From assembly GCA_964623635.1 (NCBI GenBank), contig CAZUUA010000002.1, positions 17,585-81,584 on the forward strand: a stretch of DNA of 64,000 bases, written 5' to 3'. The notes beneath the pieces were generated by a model that ran no database searches, had not been told where the DNA came from, and saw only the letters and a list, made by a program, of their open reading frames with translations. Within the stretch, counting starts at the first letter, position 1. Every line of letters starts with the position of its first letter. Both the position numbers and the translations under genes were made by a program. Shown here piece after piece: positions 60,827-64,000 of the stretch. Source of the DNA: an uncultured Ruminococcus sp. (GTDB lineage: Bacteria > Bacillota > Clostridia > Oscillospirales > CAG-272).

Positions 60827-63800
60827 ATGTCCGATTTTGTACACCTACATTTGCATAGCGAATACAGCCTGCTGGACGGTGCCTGCCGCATCGCCGACAT
60901 TCCCAAAAAAGCCAAGGAGATGGGACATGATGCCGTGGCCATCACAGACCATGGTGTGCTGTACGGTGCTGTGTCGTTCTACAAGGCCTGCGTGGCAGAA
61001 GGTGTGCGACCCATCATCGGCTGTGAAGTCTATGTGGCACGCCGAGGTATGCAGGACAGAGACCGGGAGTACGATGGCAAAAGCTATCACCTTGTCCTGC
61101 TGGTGGAAAATGAGATCGGCTACAAAAACCTGATCTGGCTGGTCTCCAAAGCCTTCACCGACGGTTTTTACGCCAAACCCCGGATCGATCTGGATCTGCT
61201 GACCGGGCACACCGAAGGCCTCATCGCCCTGTCTGCCTGTATGGCCGGATTCATTCCCCAAAGCATCCTTGCCGGAGAAATGGACAAAGCCGATGCACAC
61301 GCACGCCAGATGGAAGCCATGTTCGGCAAGGAGCACTATTATTTAGAGATCCAGGATCACGGCATGGACAACGACCGGATCGTCAACGAAGGCATCCGAA
61401 AGCTGTCCCAAAAGACCGGGATCCCCATGGTGGCCACCAACGACGTACACTACATGAACCGCCAGGACGCCGATACCCAAGCGATACTGCTGTGTGTCCA
61501 GACGGGCAACGTGATCACAGACGGTCGTCCCATCGGTTTTGAGACCAATGAATACTACTACAAAAGCACAGCCGAGATGGAAGCGTTGTTCGGTGCCTAT
61601 CAAGGTGCCGTGGAAAACACCGTAAAAATCGCCGAACGGTGCCGGTTCGATTATACCTTCGGTCAGATCCAGCTGCCCCGGTACACACCGGAAAACGGCA
61701 TGGAACCGGGTGCCTACCTGCGCTTTTTGGCAGAGCAAGGCTTGCAGGATAAGCTGGCGGACGGCAAGATCGTCCCGGATGAAAAGGTTCCCCTGACGGC
61801 CTACCGGGAGCGGATCGACTATGAGCTGTCCGTGATCGGTCAGATGGGATATGCCGAATACTATTTGGTGGTGTGGGATTTTGTCCACCACGCCAAGGAA
61901 GCCGGCATTCCCGTAGGACCCGGACGTGGCTCCGGTGCCGGCAGCTTGGTGGCTTATCTCATCGGGATCACGGACATCGACTCCCTGCGGTTTGATCTGC
62001 TGTTCGAGCGATTTCTAAACCCCGAACGGGTCAGTATGCCCGACTTCGATATCGATTTCTGCTACGACCGCCGGGACGAAGCCATCGACTATGTCCGGGA
62101 AAAATACGGTGCAGACCACACGGCCCAGATCATCACCTTTGGTACTCTGGCCGCAAGAGCTGTGGTCAAGGACGTGGGACGAGCCATGGATATGTCCATA
62201 CCGGATGTAGACGCCGTTGCCAAGTATATCCCACGAGAGATGGGCATTACGCTGGACAAAGCCCTGGAAGCCAGCCGGGAGCTGCGGGATCTCTACGAAG
62301 ATGACCCCAAGGTGCGCCGCCTTCTGGATACTGCCAAAGCGCTGGAAGGTATGCCCCGGCACGCTTCGACCCATGCCGCCGGTGTGGTGATCACAGCCAA
62401 GCCGGTGACGGAATATGTGCCTGTGGCGGTCAACAGCGGCATTATCGTCACCCAGTTCGATATGGATACCATTGCCGAGCTGGGACTTTTGAAGTTCGAC
62501 TTTTTGGCACTGCGGTATTTGACCATCATGCGCAGCGCCGAAGACCTGATCCGGGAGAACGAGCCGGACTTTGATCTGACCCGTGTGGATATGACCGACG
62601 CCGCCACCTACGACACCATCTGTGCCGGGAAGACCGATGGCGTGTTCCAGCTGGAATCCGAGGGCATGCGGCAGATGCTGACCCAGCTGCGTCCCCGGTG
62701 CCTGGACGACATTATCGCCGCCATTGCCCTATATCGCCCCGGCCCCATGGATTCGATCCCCAAATACATCGAAGCCCGACACCACCCGGAGACCATCCAC
62801 TATGCCTCTCCCAAGCTGGCCCCGATTCTGGACGTGACCTACGGCTGTATCGTGTACCAGGAGCAGGTCATGCAGATCTTCCGAGAGATCGCCGGGTATA
62901 CCTTTGGCCATGCCGATGTGGTGCGCCGTGCCATCTCCAAAAAGAAGCAGGGTGTACTGGAAAAAGAACGAGAAGCCTTTCTCACCGGCGCTGCACAGAG
63001 TGGCATGACGGGGACCGATGCGGAAGCCCTGTTCGAGGACATCGTTAGCTTTGCCAACTATGCCTTCAACAAAAGCCACGCCGCAGCCTATGGGGTTCTG
63101 TCCTTCCGCACGGCCTTCCTGCGTACCCACTATCCCTTGGAATATAACTGCGCACTGCTCACCTCTGTCCTGTCCCAGACCGGCAAGCTGACCGAGTACA
63201 TCACCGAATGCAACCACCGTGGGATCCCGGTACTGCCACCGGACATCAACCGCAGCCGCACCTTCTTCCACGTGGAAAACGGTGCGATCCGCTTTGGTTT
63301 GGCTGCCCTGAAAAACGTGGGCGTATCCTTCATCGAAGCTGTGGTGGCCGAACGGGATGCCAACGGACTCTTTACGGATTTTGGCGATTTTGTGGAGCGT
63401 ATGCTGCCGGCCCAGCTCAACAAACGACAGGTGGAATACCTGATCAAGGCCGGTGCCATGGATTCTCTCGGAGCCTATCGCAGTCAGCTTTTGGCCGTGT
63501 ACGAGCACGTGCTGGATAGCTATTCCCGTGTGGGCAACCGCAGTGCAGCCGGGCAGATCGGTATGTTCGACGATGCCACGGAAAAAGCCCCGGAGACCCG
63601 CATGGCCATCGAATACCCCCAGATTCAGGAATATTCCACCAGAGAAAAGCTGTCCCTCGAAAAGGAAAGCTGCGGCTTCTATCTGTCCGGGCATATTTTG
63701 GACGACTATTCCAAGCAGCTTGCCACCCTGACGCTGGATCACACCGGCGACATTCGTAAAGCCTTTGCCGAAAGCGACGATGGCGACGGACAATACACCG

Positions 63801-64000
63801 ACAAAAAGCAAGTCACCATCGCCGGCTGCGTTACCAAGCGTACCAACAAGGCCACCAAAAACGGCGACCCCATGGCCTTTGTGACCCTGGACGACGGAAC
63901 CGGGGAAATGGAGCTGGTGTGCTTCCCCAAAAAGCTGGCAGAATGGGGACACCTTTTGGTGTACGACGCCGTGGTACTGGTCAAGGGAACCATCAGCGCC
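60827..64000 (+). CDS. dnaE: DNA polymerase III alpha subunit (DnaE-type), N-terminal 1058 codons (continues past the right edge)
   Basis: Not in the ORF track because there is no stop in the window. ATG 60827 has GGAAGGGAGGAAG upstream. FVHLHLHSEYSLLDGA (PHP domain), AITDHGVLYG, GPGRGSGAGSLVAYLIGIT, MPDFDIDF, and an OB-fold near the end. Confidence 0.95.
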   Translation, partial: MSDFVHLHLHSEYSLLDGACRIADIPKKAKEMGHDAVAITDHGVLYGAVSFYKACVAEGVRPIIGCEVYVARRGMQDRDREYDGKSYHLVLLVENEIGYKNLIWLVSKAFTDGFYAKPRIDLDLLTGHTEGLIALSACMAGFIPQSILAGEMDKADAHARQMEAMFGKEHYYLEIQDHGMDNDRIVNEGIRKLSQKTGIPMVATNDVHYMNRQDADTQAILLCVQTGNVITDGRPIGFETNEYYYKSTAEMEALFGAYQGAVENTVKIAERCRFDYTFGQIQLPRYTPENGMEPGAYLRFLAEQGLQDKLADGKIVPDEKVPLTAYRERIDYELSVIGQMGYAEYYLVVWDFVHHAKEAGIPVGPGRGSGAGSLVAYLIGITDIDSLRFDLLFERFLNPERVSMPDFDIDFCYDRRDEAIDYVREKYGADHTAQIITFGTLAARAVVKDVGRAMDMSIPDVDAVAKYIPREMGITLDKALEASRELRDLYEDDPKVRRLLDTAKALEGMPRHASTHAAGVVITAKPVTEYVPVAVNSGIIVTQFDMDTIAELGLLKFDFLALRYLTIMRSAEDLIRENEPDFDLTRVDMTDAATYDTICAGKTDGVFQLESEGMRQMLTQLRPRCLDDIIAAIALYRPGPMDSIPKYIEARHHPETIHYASPKLAPILDVTYGCIVYQEQVMQIFREIAGYTFGHADVVRRAISKKKQGVLEKEREAFLTGAAQSGMTGTDAEALFEDIVSFANYAFNKSHAAAYGVLSFRTAFLRTHYPLEYNCALLTSVLSQTGKLTEYITECNHRGIPVLPPDINRSRTFFHVENGAIRFGLAALKNVGVSFIEAVVAERDANGLFTDFGDFVERMLPAQLNKRQVEYLIKAGAMDSLGAYRSQLLAVYEHVLDSYSRVGNRSAAGQIGMFDDATEKAPETRMAIEYPQIQEYSTREKLSLEKESCGFYLSGHILDDYSKQLATLTLDHTGDIRKAFAESDDGDGQYTDKKQVTIAGCVTKRTNKATKNGDPMAFVTLDDGTGEMELVCFPKKLAEWGHLLVYDAVVLVKGTISA

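Noticed and set aside
62729-63952. 407-aa minus-strand ORF (also 61343-61891 and 60845-61336)
   Set aside because: These are antisense to dnaE. The track lacks dnaE only because it has no stop codon inside the window.

Overview
This is a 64-kb chromosomal window from a GC-rich, Gram-positive-type genome. The Clostridia-like assignment is an inference from gene content, TTGACA/TATAAT-style promoters, GGAGG ribosome-binding sites, L-box and T-box leaders, and lipoboxes. I call about 57 protein genes, one tmRNA, one lysine riboswitch and one Tyr T-box leader. I found no rRNA, tRNA, CRISPR array, transposase, integrase or phage genes. Left part: recQ (partial; absent from the ORF track because it runs off the edge), a TIM-barrel isomerase, dapB and dapA behind an L-box, queA, an OmpR/histidine-kinase operon with two membrane proteins, a CBM9-like surface protein, rimM-trmD, an amidase and a TtcA-like PP-loop ATPase. 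Centre: an unusual six-gene envelope-transport locus (12.7-23.3 kb). It combines MalFG-type importer permeases, a HlyD-type adaptor with a roughly 470-residue coiled coil, a 2-TM protein carrying only the MacB periplasmic core domain, and two paralogous ~830-aa lipoproteins (repeated-blade domain fused to a solute-binding domain). It has no ATPase gene. After it come carbohydrate genes (GH27, GH116, GH5, uxaAB, AraC), a short orphan glycyl-radical enzyme, and smpB-[nitroreductase::pentapeptide fusion]-ssrA. Right part: a large uncharacterised GH-like protein, a heterodimeric ABC exporter, then a housekeeping run nusB / Kae1-like / xseAB / ispA / tlyA / nadK / argR / recN, T-box-tyrS, murB-whiA and dnaE (partial; runs off the right edge). 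Many long ORFs in the track are antisense shadows of real genes, as expected at high GC, and were rejected. The best candidate for something undescribed is the composite transport locus. The next candidates are the activase-less short glycyl-radical enzyme and a palindromic MITE/REP-like repeat present as a long and a short copy. All family assignments come from motif recognition by eye; no database search was run.
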